Positions 12,691-24,068 of a stretch of DNA of 64,000 bases are shown piece after piece; position 1 is the stretch's first letter, and every line of letters starts with the position of its first letter. A model generated the notes under the pieces. That model did no database searches and had not been told where the DNA came from. It saw only the letters and a list, made by a program, of their open reading frames with translations. The translations under genes were made by a program, and so were the position numbers. The DNA comes from Antedon mediterranea (taxonomy: Eukaryota > Animalia > Echinodermata): NCBI RefSeq assembly GCF_964355755.1, contig NC_092670.1:31174388-31238387 (forward strand), read 5' to 3'.

Positions 12691-15404
12691 TGTAGATTTT
12701 GCAATTAGAACAATAAGTCTTTCTGTAGGCTCATTTTAATGCATTTTTCACTATACCATACAGTTATCACTGTATAATACAGTAATATAACAATCATACT
12801 AAAAGTCTTTCATTCTGCATGCATTGTAGTTCTTTGTACATCATATATATATATATATATATAGTGTGCTGCATGATTGTAGTTCTTTTGTCTGTCATTT
12901 CAATAAATATTATATATAAAAAAATAAAAATAAAAGTACAGTATTTATTATTATTGATGGAAAATACAGTATTTTGTTTACAAAAAAAAGGTTTTTTTCC
13001 CCTTTCCTTCGTCAAAAGTATCTACTAATCAATATATGATGTGTTTATTTGTCTGTATTTTCAAACGTGTAATGTAAATAGGCAATCTTTCGGTGCTTTT
13101 CTTTTTTAACTGTCATACAATTGGCTAGCCCCGATGCGACTTATCGTGAGGTCAATAGACCGACTTTTCGCCGCTGGAACAATCACTCGCTAAATGGGCC
13201 TAGGCCGCGGCCTCGTATACAAGTTTAATAATAGCGATTATAAATAACCTTAATAAATATTGTATTGTCGGAGATGAACAAGTAATAATACAAGTTGTAA
13301 CCGAGTATTTTTATTTATATGAATACTTGTCTGAGGCAATATCAATATCGAGTATTATTTTTCGCTACGTAAGTTTATAAATACGATCATAAATGCGTTT
13401 TCAAAATGGCGGTTTCGCTGATTTCGATGTATAAGAATAGAGACACCTTTAGTTTGAATAGTCGGAGCTGCGTCCCAACAATCCAATTCTTTAGCTTATT
13501 ATCGCATTTTGTAGATTATAAAATTCTCTAATAGGGATTTTAAATGCAAGACTGTTCAATTTTTTTTTATATTTTATTTTTACATGTTTTTAGGGTACAA
13601 ATTCGTAAAAAAGACATCGGTCGTTTTTGCCATTAAAGTACACATTATAGGTTTGGTCAAAGTCGTTAAATTTTACATCACAATATATAACAACTATATA
13701 TAAAAGTATTCCACTGATAACATTTGATTCATAAACTACTAAATTAACAAATAATGTGTTTTTCTAATACCCCAAAATTTGGTAATTTTGAACTAATTTC
13801 GAAAAGTAGGGCGCCCTCTCCGAGTCGAAATTTGACACGATTTGACGACTGGCTTTCCTACTGGTATAATGTCATAAACCACATTTGCTGTTACATAATA
13901 ATAAAGACATAAGTTATTTTTTATCTAGATTTCATTATAAATCATGTGTATAATATATACACTAAGAAATAAATTTGAACAAACAATACGGATAATAAAA
14001 AAAAAAATCTTATTTCGTTTCCCAAGGTGAGACTCGATCTCGGTACCTTGAGTGCCATAGACACGAGCACACACCACCGAGCCATACACAACTGACTAAA
14101 AATTGTAGAAAAATTCCTCCGTCTATTTACTATGCAGTAACCACCAGATAGATTATTACATACCGCAATGAATTATAATTTTTTACTATGATGACATCTC
14201 TAAAAATGTACAACAATGATGCATTGTCAAACTATATACTTTTAACTTTAATATATGAACTTTTGAAGGAAGAAAGTTAATGTTAAGTTTGTTATTTTGG
14301 CCTAAGAAAATGTCATAATTTGTTTGATTGTCGAAATGAATTTTTTTTAATTTAATATGCAATTAATTATGGCTTAATCAACTTTTGTTCCCTTAGTTTA
14401 ATAATAAATCATACATAAGATACATACACTTCAAGAAAATGAAATAAAAAATATGTGTTCCCGAGCATTCTGACGATCTATATTAATTTTAAAATTTAGC
14501 ATATTTTCACCATTTTGTTAACTTACACGTGCGTAGCCTGTCACTTTTGACGTGCTCGTATAAGGCAATTTCGCGTTGAAAAGTGAATAAAATATGATGA
14601 TATTATTAAAGAAAGGTTGTACAACCGAAATCGGACAAAAAGAGTGCGCATTAACGTATAACGCGCAGTGCGCGTGCAGAAATCTGCGCACTCATGGCAA
14701 TTTTTTAAACGCTTAAAATTGCCTGAAACGTACTCTAATTTCATCGAAAATAAATTTTGACAATTTTGAACATTTTAAGCACGCGTACGCAAGCGTTATA
14801 TGCGCTACGCACGTAAGTGTATTGCCATGTGATGAAATATGACCTGAAATTTATGAGTACCAAATTTTGTTTAATTGTGATTCATGCTTGTGAAGATATG
14901 ATTACAAACGTGATTTCGTAAAATCGCGCGTAGACCGCGTAATTTTTGATTACGCATCGTGAAAATATAACCACATCGATTCCTGGCTATAAGGAATACA
15001 CTCTGAAAAATTGACTTAGATAGATGAAACTGATGCCAAGATAATTCACGGACAAAATAGTGCTAAGGAAAGAATAAATAAAGAAACTAGATTTAATTCG
15101 TCACTATGACGAATTATTGGTTATATGCATTGATTTAAATAAAGATAATTGATTGATTTAAGATATTTTGATTGATTGATTTTCTCAGAATCTTTAGTTA
15201 TTTATAATATGTGATAGGATCTTGCTAACGCAAATACAATAGCCGGTATCATAATCCGATCAAAGATCCTTCTGCGTATATAATGTCATAAACCACATTT
15301 TGTGTTTTTAAATAAATTTCATTATAAATCATCTGTATAATCAATACACTAAGAAATACAATTGAACAAACAATACGGATAATAAAAAAAAATCTTATTT
15401 CGTT

Positions 15405-15482
15405 TCGTTTCCCAAGGTGAGACTCGAACTCGGTACCTTGAATGCTATAGACACGAGCACAGACCATCGAGCCATACACAAC
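15405..15482 (-). promoter_or_regulatory. tRNA-derived Pol III A/B-box segment inside HINE family 1 (also ~3215, ~14015, ~16820)
   Basis: Minus strand reads TGGCTCGATGG (A box) ... GAGTTCGAGTC (B box), with a T-run downstream. Confidence 0.5.
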
Positions 15483-17953
15483 TGACTAAAAGTTGGAGAA
15501 AAATTCCTCCGTGTATTTACTATGCAGTAACCACTTTGGTGCAGATAGATTATTACATACCGCAATGAATTATAATGTTTTACTATGATGACATCTTTAA
15601 AAATTTAAAAAGATGATGCACTGTCAAACTATATACTTTTAACTTTAATATATGAACTTCTTAAGGAAGAAAGTTAATGTTAAGTTTGTTATTTCGGCCT
15701 AAGAAAATTTTATAATTTGTTTGATTGTCGAAATTAATTTTTGTAAATTTAATTTGCCATTAATGATGACTTAATCAACTTTTGTTCTCTTGATTTCATA
15801 ATAAATCATACATATGATACATACACTTCAAGAAAATGAAATAAAAAACGGGGGTTCCCGAGAATTCTAACGATATATATTAATTTTAAAATTTAGCATA
15901 TTTTCACCATTTTGTTAACTTACACGTGCGTAGCCTGTCACTTTTGACGTACTCGTATAACGCTGTTTGGCGTTGAAAAGTTAATACAATATGATGATAT
16001 TGTTAAAGAAAGGTTATACAACAGTAATCGGACAAAAACAGTGCGCAATTACGTTTGACGCGCAGTGCGCGTGCAAAAATCTGCGCACTTATGGCAATTT
16101 TTAAACGCTTAAAATTGCCTGAAACGTACTCTAATTTCATCGAAAATAAATTCTGACAATTTTGAACATTTTAAGCGCGCGTACGCATGCGTTATATGCG
16201 CTACGCACGTAATTGTATTGCCATATGATAAAATATGACCTGAAATTTATGAGTACCAAATTTTGTTTAAAAGTGATTCATGCTTGTGAAGATATGATTA
16301 CAAACGTGATTTCGTTAAATCGCGCGTAGACCGCGTAATGTTTGATTGCGCACCGTGAAAACATAACCACATCGATTCCTGGCCATAAGGAATATACTCT
16401 GAAAAATTGACTTAGTTAGATGAAACTGATACCAAGATAATTGACGGACAAATAGTGCTAAGGAAAGAATAAATAAATAAACTAGATTTAATTCGTCACT
16501 ATGACGAATTATAGGTTATATGCATTGATTTAAATAAAGATAATTGATTTTTAAAAGATATTTTGATTCATTGATTTTCTCAGATTCTTTAATTATTTAT
16601 AATATATGATAGGACCTTGCTAACGCGAATACCATAGCCGGTATCACAATCCGATCAAAGATCCCTCTGCGTATAATGTCATAAACCACATTTGCTGTTA
16701 CATAATAATAAAGACATAAGTTATTTTTTATCTAGATTTCATTATAAATCATGTGTATAATATATACACTAAGAAATAAATTTGAACAAACAATACGGAT
16801 AATAAAAAAAAAATCTTATTTCGTTTCCCAAGGTGAGACTCGATCTCGGTACCTTGAGTGCCATAGACACGAGCACACACTACCGAGCCATACACAACTG
16901 ACTAAAAATTGTAGAAAAATTCCTCCGTGTATTTACTATGCAGTAACCACTTTGGTGCAGATAGATTATTACATACCGCAATGAATTATAATTTTTTACT
17001 ATGATGACATCTCTAAAAATGTACAAAAAGGATGCACTGTCAAACTATATACTTTTAACTTTAATATATGAACTTTTGAAGGAAGAAAGTTAATGTTAAG
17101 TTTGTTATTTTGGCCTAAGAAAATGTCATAATTTGTTTGATTGTCGAAATGAATTTTTTTAAATTTAATATGCAATTAATTATGGCTTAATCAACTTTTG
17201 TTCCCTTAGTTTAATAATAAATCATACATAAGATACATACAGTTCAAGAAAATGAAATAAAAAATATGTGTTCCCGAGCATTCTGACGATCTATATTAAT
17301 TTTAAAATTTAGCATATTTTCACCATTTTGTTAACTTACACGTGCGTAGCCTGTCACTTTTGACGTGCTCGTATAAGGCAATTACGCGTTGAAAAGTGAA
17401 TAAAATATGATGATATTATTAAAGAAAGGTTGTACAACCGAAATCGGACAAAAAGAGTGCGTATTAACGTATAACGCGCAGTGCGCGTGCAAAAATCTGC
17501 GCACTCATGGCAATTTTTTAAACGCTTAAAATTGCCTGAAACGTACTCTAATTTCATCGAAAATAAATTTTGACAATTTTGAACATTTTAAGCGCGCGTA
17601 CGCAAGCGTTATATGCGCTACGCACGTAATTGTATTGCCATATGATGAAATATGACCTGAAATTTATGAGTACCAAATTTTGTTTAATTGTGATTCATGC
17701 TTGTGAAGATGTGATTACAAACGTGATTTCGTAAAATCGCGCGTAGACCGCGTAATTTTTGATTACGCATCGTGAAAATATAACCACATCGATTCCTGGC
17801 CATAAGGAATATACTCTGAAAAATTGACTTAGATAGATGAAACTGATATCAAGATAATTCACGGACAAAATAGTGCTAAGGAAAGAATAAATAAATAAAT
17901 AAAGATTTTGACAGAATCAAGAGGTTATATGCATGATAATGCATATAACCTAA

Positions 17954-17996
<43 letters not shown>

Positions 17997-18156
17997 AGAT
18001 TCTGACAGAATCAAGAGGTTATATGCATATCATGCATATAACCTAATAAATAAAGATTTTGACAGAATCAAGAGGTTATATGCATGAATGCATATAACCT
18101 AATAAAGATTTTGACAGAATCAAGAGGTTATATGCATGATAATGCATATAACCTAA

Positions 18157-19518
18157 ATAGTATAAGAAAATTAAAATGCTGCTATGGCTGTTTTAATTTA
18201 GGTCGGGTAATTTAAATCCTGTAAACACCGGGTCATCTCCAGGTGGTGGGAAATGTGCTCTTATGCAAGAGACAACACAAGACGGAAGCACTATACGGAT
18301 ATTTTTTCCGACATATCCATGTATCCATCGGGCATACTGTCTGTACGATATGTGACGGTACTTTTTGTTTTTTGGTCCGTTATAGATAACTTTCTTATCA
18401 TAGTGTTGCTTATACGAAAGCCATGCTACTTCCAGCACCCAAGGGTCAAGAGCAACAGACTTGAAACCTGGATGATTTGTGATGCAGGAGAATGGAGCAT
18501 CATAGTTGAACAGATTGACATTGTCTTCAAGTTTAGCACTTGTGTTTTCGCACTCCTTGCAGCAGATGCACTCTTCCCCTGAGCCCATGATTTGGCAATG
18601 TTCACAGGAACACCTGAACAAGATGAAAACATGTATTTAGTCATTATAAAACTAATTATTATGATTATAATTAGTTGATCATATCAGCAGTCACTCAAGC
18701 AAGTGAAATTCAAATGCCCATTTGAACTATGACCAGAATATTAATACTTTAGGCCTAGTCTATCTATTATTATAACCAAACCCAAGCCCAAGGAGTAGCC
18801 TATTATTAAACCACCGTCCCAAATCCGACCCATCTAATAATCATCAAACAAATTACGATGGGGACTTTATATTAACGTATGGCATCTCACAAAATTTGAA
18901 AAAAAAAAAAACCGATTGTATATTTAGAATTTAGAAACACTGAGGTAGCTCTAGCTTTGATTGATTAATTAGGCCTAGCCCAATCAAGCAGACGCTTCAC
19001 TACAACAACCACAAGGGGAACACCTACCATTCTAAATTATCCAGGCGTGCAGCCATCATGTCAACATCTTCACCTTGGGCTTCTTCATCAATGTCTTGTA
19101 ATTCATGTTCCTCAAAACGTGGTTCGAAATTATATGGTATTATAAGGCCAGTACCATTTTCCTCATCACTTGATGATGAACTACTACTACTAGGTCTATC
19201 TGATGAAACACTTTCTAAATCGCTTTCGGAATCCATAACAAATATTCAGTAAGCTTGTTGTGATCGCCGCGGGGTGTGTTATAAGGCGCAAGATGCAGGT
19301 TAGTTCCTCCTCGCGATCGTCGGTGTTCTGGCTGTGACGTCACATACAAATGTCGAAAGGTAACATTTCGTGACCAAATAACGACACACATATTGCTTTT
19401 TTTTCCATATATATAACAATTTATTATTGAAACTCAATTTAACACAGTATCTACATATATTATTCTTGATACTGATAATAGTAAATGTCGTATTTGTCGA
19501 AAGTGTGGCACTAGCACT
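18157..19518. mobile_element. Right part of a KolobokP-like DNA transposon
   Basis: Terminus reads TTAA|AGTGCTAGTGCCACAC on the minus strand. The TTAA target (19519-19522) is unoccupied in the sister Helitron copy at ~30293. Carries a P2X7-like ORF. Left end is not in the window. Confidence 0.72.
18193..19236 (-). CDS. P2X7 intracellular (ballast)-like Cys-rich protein of KolobokP, 2 exons (19236-19028, 18613-18193), 209 aa
   Basis: PYNFEP ... W|CSCEHC...ECICCKE...CITNHPGF...YRHISYRQYARWIHGYVGKNIRIVLPSCVVSCIRAHFP...FTGF. The GT-AG intron joins in frame (TG|G). Confidence 0.85.
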
Positions 19519-20277
19519 TTAAGTTGGTTCCTACCCTACCCACCCGAAGTTGTTGTTGATCCTTCGTACCACCGTAGGCCTATCTTCTACTGGCTTTACA
19601 ACGCTACTCATGCCAGTGAGAGAAGGGTGATGATGTGGGTGGTTCCCGGGGTGGTTTAACTGCAATAATAAAGATTTGTACATAATATACGCCCGCGGCG
19701 ACAGAAAATGGTAGCTCATTATTATCCGTTAAAAAAAATCTATATCCAACCTCTGCAGCACAGATTGAAGAAAAAAATGGATCGAATTTCTGTTATGAGT
19801 ATACAGCACTTGCCTTTACGACGCCTGAGGGAATAGACACTTGTGGAACAGAGATTGGAATGTTCCATTCATCGCAAATCAATACATTTGTATAAACGTA
19901 TATTAAATCTATCAAAATAGTATTTTTTAAAGAAAATCGGACTGTCTTCAACATTATGATGCTGTACTCGAGCTGTTCAACCGGTTTTCAGCCATTAAAA
20001 ACAATTATCGTAGGAGGAGATAGGAAAATGCGAAGCATCCTCGTATTATCGTCTGCGGGTATTTTTCAAGACGGACATCCATTAGACAGTTGAACCTAAA
20101 TTCGTTTTAATCGTCAATAACTAATTATCGAACTCAATTTAATTAGTAAACAGGGTTACATCAGGTGGTTAAAATCAGTACCGAAAGTACGAACCAACTT
20201 TATATACCATCGAGTAAACATTCTAGAAATAACGCGCGATTTACCAAATTTTGCCCTTACGTAAATTTATATATAGA
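19519..20277 (-). mobile_element. Non-autonomous Helitron, 5' half, interrupted by Kolobok
   Basis: Inverted near-copy of 29499-30296; starts TCTATATATAAATTTACG. Confidence 0.72.
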
Positions 20278-21023
20278 CGATTTAAGTGCCTGTCGTAATT
20301 GTGTACGTAACGTTTTACATTCGTTATCAAACCATTGATTATTATGTTTTGTATCCGTGTATATATTTCTAATTGTTTTAATCTTTCCTTGGATGTATAT
20401 TATTTCAGTAATTTTGTTTATTAGAGTATTACTGTCGTCTGTTTCTGAACTTTTAATTACATCATTTATTTGTTTATCAATTTCTTTACTCTTAATGGAA
20501 TCATCGTCTATTGTTATCTTCTCATCCCAGATAAAAGGACATGTTTGGCATATTTTGCATGTTGTATTTACTATATTAGTTTTTAGTCGCGTGGAAGCGA
20601 CTCTATAGTTCACTATGTCGGTCGGTCGGTCTGTCGGTCTGTCGGTCTGTCGGTCCGGTATCACTATGCGTTTTATCGCTTTCTGACATTATCTTGATAT
20701 CAGTTTAATCTAGCTAAGTCAATTTTTCACAGTACATTCCTTATGGCCAGGAATCGATGTGGTTATGTTTTCACGGTGGGCAATAAAAAATTACGCGGTC
20801 TACGCACGATTTAACGAAATCACATTTGTGGCAAGGCAAATGTGTATCCTGCTCCTTTGTTTGGTCACCTAGGTAGGGGTCCGGGACCGCGACAGAACGA
20901 CAACGGATGGGGACCCTCCAAAGAAATTGCATTTTATTTTTCAGGAATTTGTATGATTTATTTTCTTTTTTATTTTTAAATGCGCCTTGAGCACTCTGGA
21001 GTGGTATGTGCGCTATAAAAATC

Positions 21024-21055
<32 letters not shown>

Positions 21056-22320
21056 CATATCTTCACAACCATGAATCACAATTAAATAAAATTTCAGGGC
21101 ATAAATCATCATATGGCAATACAATTACGTGCGTAGCGCATGTAACGCATGCGTACGCGCGCTTAAAATTTTCAAAATTTATTTTCGATGAAATAAGAGT
21201 ACGTTTCAGGCAATTTTAAGCGTTTACAAAATTGCCATGAGTCACAAAGCCACAAAGTTACGCGCGCACGCGCATTTAAAATTTTAAAATGCGCAAAATT
21301 CATTTTTAATCAACTTTCTACGCGTTTCTTGTCATTTTGAGCATGTCAAAAATTCCCATACGCGCGCAAATTTTTACGCGCGTGGTGCGCACGTAGCGTT
21401 AAATACATACTCTTTTCTTTTCTAATAATTTTACCATCTTTTAAACAATTTCGAATTAAAATTACGTCATACGAGCACGTCGAATTGGATAATTTGTGCA
21501 CGTTTTTGATGAAAATGTTAAAAAAATCGTCAAAATTATGCCTTTTTAGTCGCGTGGACGCGACTATAGTTCACTATGTCGGTCGGTCTGTCTGTCGGTC
21601 TGTCTGTCGGTCCGGTATCATTATGCATTGTAGCACGCGAGTTAATGGCTGTTGGCCTTGTTAGCTCATGTTTAAAGCTGAATTATATTGGAAGGTGGTC
21701 TGATCCACATCTATTGCTAATATTAAAGTGTTTAAAGAAATTGTCCAGTAATAGGTTTTCACTTGCAATTACATAATCGTTTACACTTTTGCCTTGATGA
21801 CCTAGAAACGTGAAGAATCCGATTCCATTGTCATTTCCAACCCGACTATTTAGAATTCGCATTTTAAAATTTTTACAGAAGTCCAGTACAGTAGTATCAT
21901 TCCATAAGAGTTTGTAATTTTATCCATAGATATTCGTTTAGATGTGTATAGATCTGGAGGGTCATTAATGTCAATGTTTTCGGATTGCATTTTGCTATTA
22001 AAATCATCGAGTTCAGCCGTCCTCGAGTTAAAATCTCCAGAAAAGATAAAACTGCTTTTACCATATTTAAGTTTAAATTGAATACGATCTAATTCTAGTT
22101 GTTGGTAGGCCTATATGTCGAATTTAAAGTTTGAAACTGCTGGAGGTGCATATACAACTGCTAAAAATAAACCATTCCGTTATATTTTTTTTCTAATGTT
22201 AACCAAATAATGTATTCGCATTCTCCCTTAATTTCTGCTACGATCATATTGTTTTTAATGTATACACTGAGTCCCCCTGAGTTTCTTATATAATTTTTGT
22301 TCCCCTTTCTTATTTTATTA
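20278..22320 (-). pseudogene. Degenerate LINE ORF2 (APE endonuclease region), split by HINE family 2
   Basis: Minus-strand remnants SGGLSVYI, GDFNSRTA, NDYVI, SDHLPI, QWFDNEC, with stops and frameshifts. Confidence 0.65.
20581..21662 (+). mobile_element. HINE/DINE-1-like family 2
   Basis: Head TTTTAGTCGCGTGGAAGCGACT plus (GTCG/GTCT)n at 20581 and again at 21544; 3' hairpin end GGCTGTTGGCCTTGTT. Core is shared with family 1. Confidence 0.65.
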
Positions 22321-22799
22321 ATACTTTCTTTTTTTTAATATACTTTAGTATAAAGTACAATACCATCACACGGCTAGATTAATTTCCGTACACTGACAAT
22401 GACAATGACAATGATTCTTTATTTCTTTATCGACCCTTCATTTACAAATTGATAATGTTCTAAACATGCGCATTAATAATTGTCTAGCAGAATTTTTCTT
22501 AAGTTAGCAATAGCGCATTCCGTAGTTTTATTAGGTTTTTTATTTCGTTAAGCTTCGATATTAAAATTGAGTTATTCAATTAAATGCGATATTATAGCAC
22601 AGTTTTATTAGCGTAACATAATGATAAAAAAACTCGACTATTTCCCAGCGAATAAATAATAGCAGCGATACGTTAGATTACTTTCCTTACACTGCGGTAA
22701 TTCACAGTCACATAACAATTACTTTTAACCATTAACATTGTTTATTAACTGATTGGATAATTACAGATATGTTAAATATTTCGAGAAGCCTTGATGCGT

Positions 22800-23265
22800 G
22801 GTTATAATAGTATTTTGGTATTCATGATGGTGGTGGTGATAGTGTTTGTGGTGGTGATGATGGTGGTGGTGATAGTGTTTGTGGTATTCATGATGGTGGT
22901 GGTGATAGTGTTTGTGGTGGTGATAGTGTTTGTGGTGGTGATAGTGTTTGCGGTGGTGATGATGGTGGTGGTGGTGATAGTGTTTGTGGTGGTGTTGATG
23001 GTGTTAATAATAGTATTTGTGGTATTCATGATGGTGGTGGTGTTAGTGTTTGTGGTGGTAATGATGATGGTGGTGATATTATTTGTAGTAGTTGTGGTGG
23101 TAATGATGTTTGTGGTGATAGTGTTTGTGGTGCCGATGGTGGTCTTTGTGATGGTGTTGATGATGATGGTGGTGGAGGTAGTCTCATGGTTGAGGTTGTC
23201 TTCGTGGTCTTGGTTGTCGTGGTAGTTAGTGTGGTGGCCGTGATCGTGATTGTATTGATGGTCGT
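22800..23265 (-). repeat. (CAC/CAT)-rich low-complexity tract, possible mucin-like exon relic
   Basis: Thr/Pro-rich translations; flank homologous to 56690-56950. Confidence 0.6.
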
Positions 23266-24068
23266 TATCAAATCGTTCATTTCTGTACAACAGACGACAA
23301 CAACTAAGTGTGTAAGTGTAGAATATAAGTTTTATTCTTTTTTAAATTAATAATTATGACAATAATAATATAATAGTTTAATATTAATTTGATAAACAAT
23401 CACCTTTCCCTGCATATTCTGACCTCTTCTCTATCATGTCCGGTGTAGTGACTAGTTTGGGGTAGATATTTCGAAGTCGACACAAAACAAATAGTCGTGT
23501 CACGCACCGTATCGTATTATATTTAAATTTGTAAAATACGTTTATATTTTAAAAAGCCTAAATAATTTAGCAATTCAAATTGTATTGAGACAAGTTATAA
23601 TACTGTATATACAGCTATAGATATTTTAACATTAAATGATGATAATACAAAACTAGATACAATTATAAACATGAAATTTACATATCTCAGGAAAGATATT
23701 TTGCCTACTTACAGTATGAGAAAATGTTTAGTAGATACATTCATATCCACTGTACAAAAGTGGCCAGGAATTGCTTCACCTTTCAGTTGTACGTTTCAAT
23801 GTGAAGCTGCTGTAATGATGGTCTTTACAATAGCTCATTCCTAAGATAATATTCATCTGCTATTGAGTAGTACAAAACACTGTTATTTATTTATAAATGA
23901 TTTCACAGTCAGGTATTCAACCTGTCAGTGGCGGTTTCATCGCTGTTGGTTGTCAATTGAATAAAATAAAAAATAAAAAGTATAATAAAACCTATTTAAC
24001 CTTGTGGTCCTCTCTTAAATACAAATAAAATGTTTCTTTTCTTTAAAAGAAACTGTTAATCAACTTTA

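Larger units (their letters stand above)
4485..13863 (+). mobile_element. AcademX DNA transposon (9.4 kb)
   Basis: Termini CAGTGGGAAAGCCA / TGGCTTTCCTACTG. 4-bp TSD GTAT (4481-4484, 13864-13867), confirmed by the empty site CTCTGCGTATAATGTC in sister repeat copies. Encodes transposase + XPG-like nuclease + Cys8 finger. Confidence 0.85.
3093..18156 (-). mobile_element. Four nested ~1.4 kb Helentron-type non-autonomous elements (HINE/DINE-1-like family 1)
   Basis: Bodies at <3093-4290, 4291-15085 (holds Academ), 15086-16480 and 16481-~17900. Hairpin ends ACTAGATTTAATTCGTCACTATGACGAATT at 4291/15086/16481. Four stacked palindromic heads AGGTTATATGCAT-n-ATGCATATAACCT at 17901-18156. (AAAT)n microsatellite next to the heads. 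Confidence 0.75.

Noticed and set aside
14541-17557. Repeated short ORFs (MKLEYV.., MCIIYT..)
   Set aside because: Chance ORFs in repeat copies, not conserved in all units.
17901-18156. CRISPR-like palindromic repeats
   Set aside because: Spacers are only (AAAT)n; eukaryotic context; explained as stacked element heads.
18193-19236. Host P2RX7 receptor gene
   Set aside because: No transmembrane or ectodomain exons; it lies beside a Kolobok terminus.
22791-23225. Val/Met-rich membrane protein ORF
   Set aside because: Translation of a GTG/GAT low-complexity tract.
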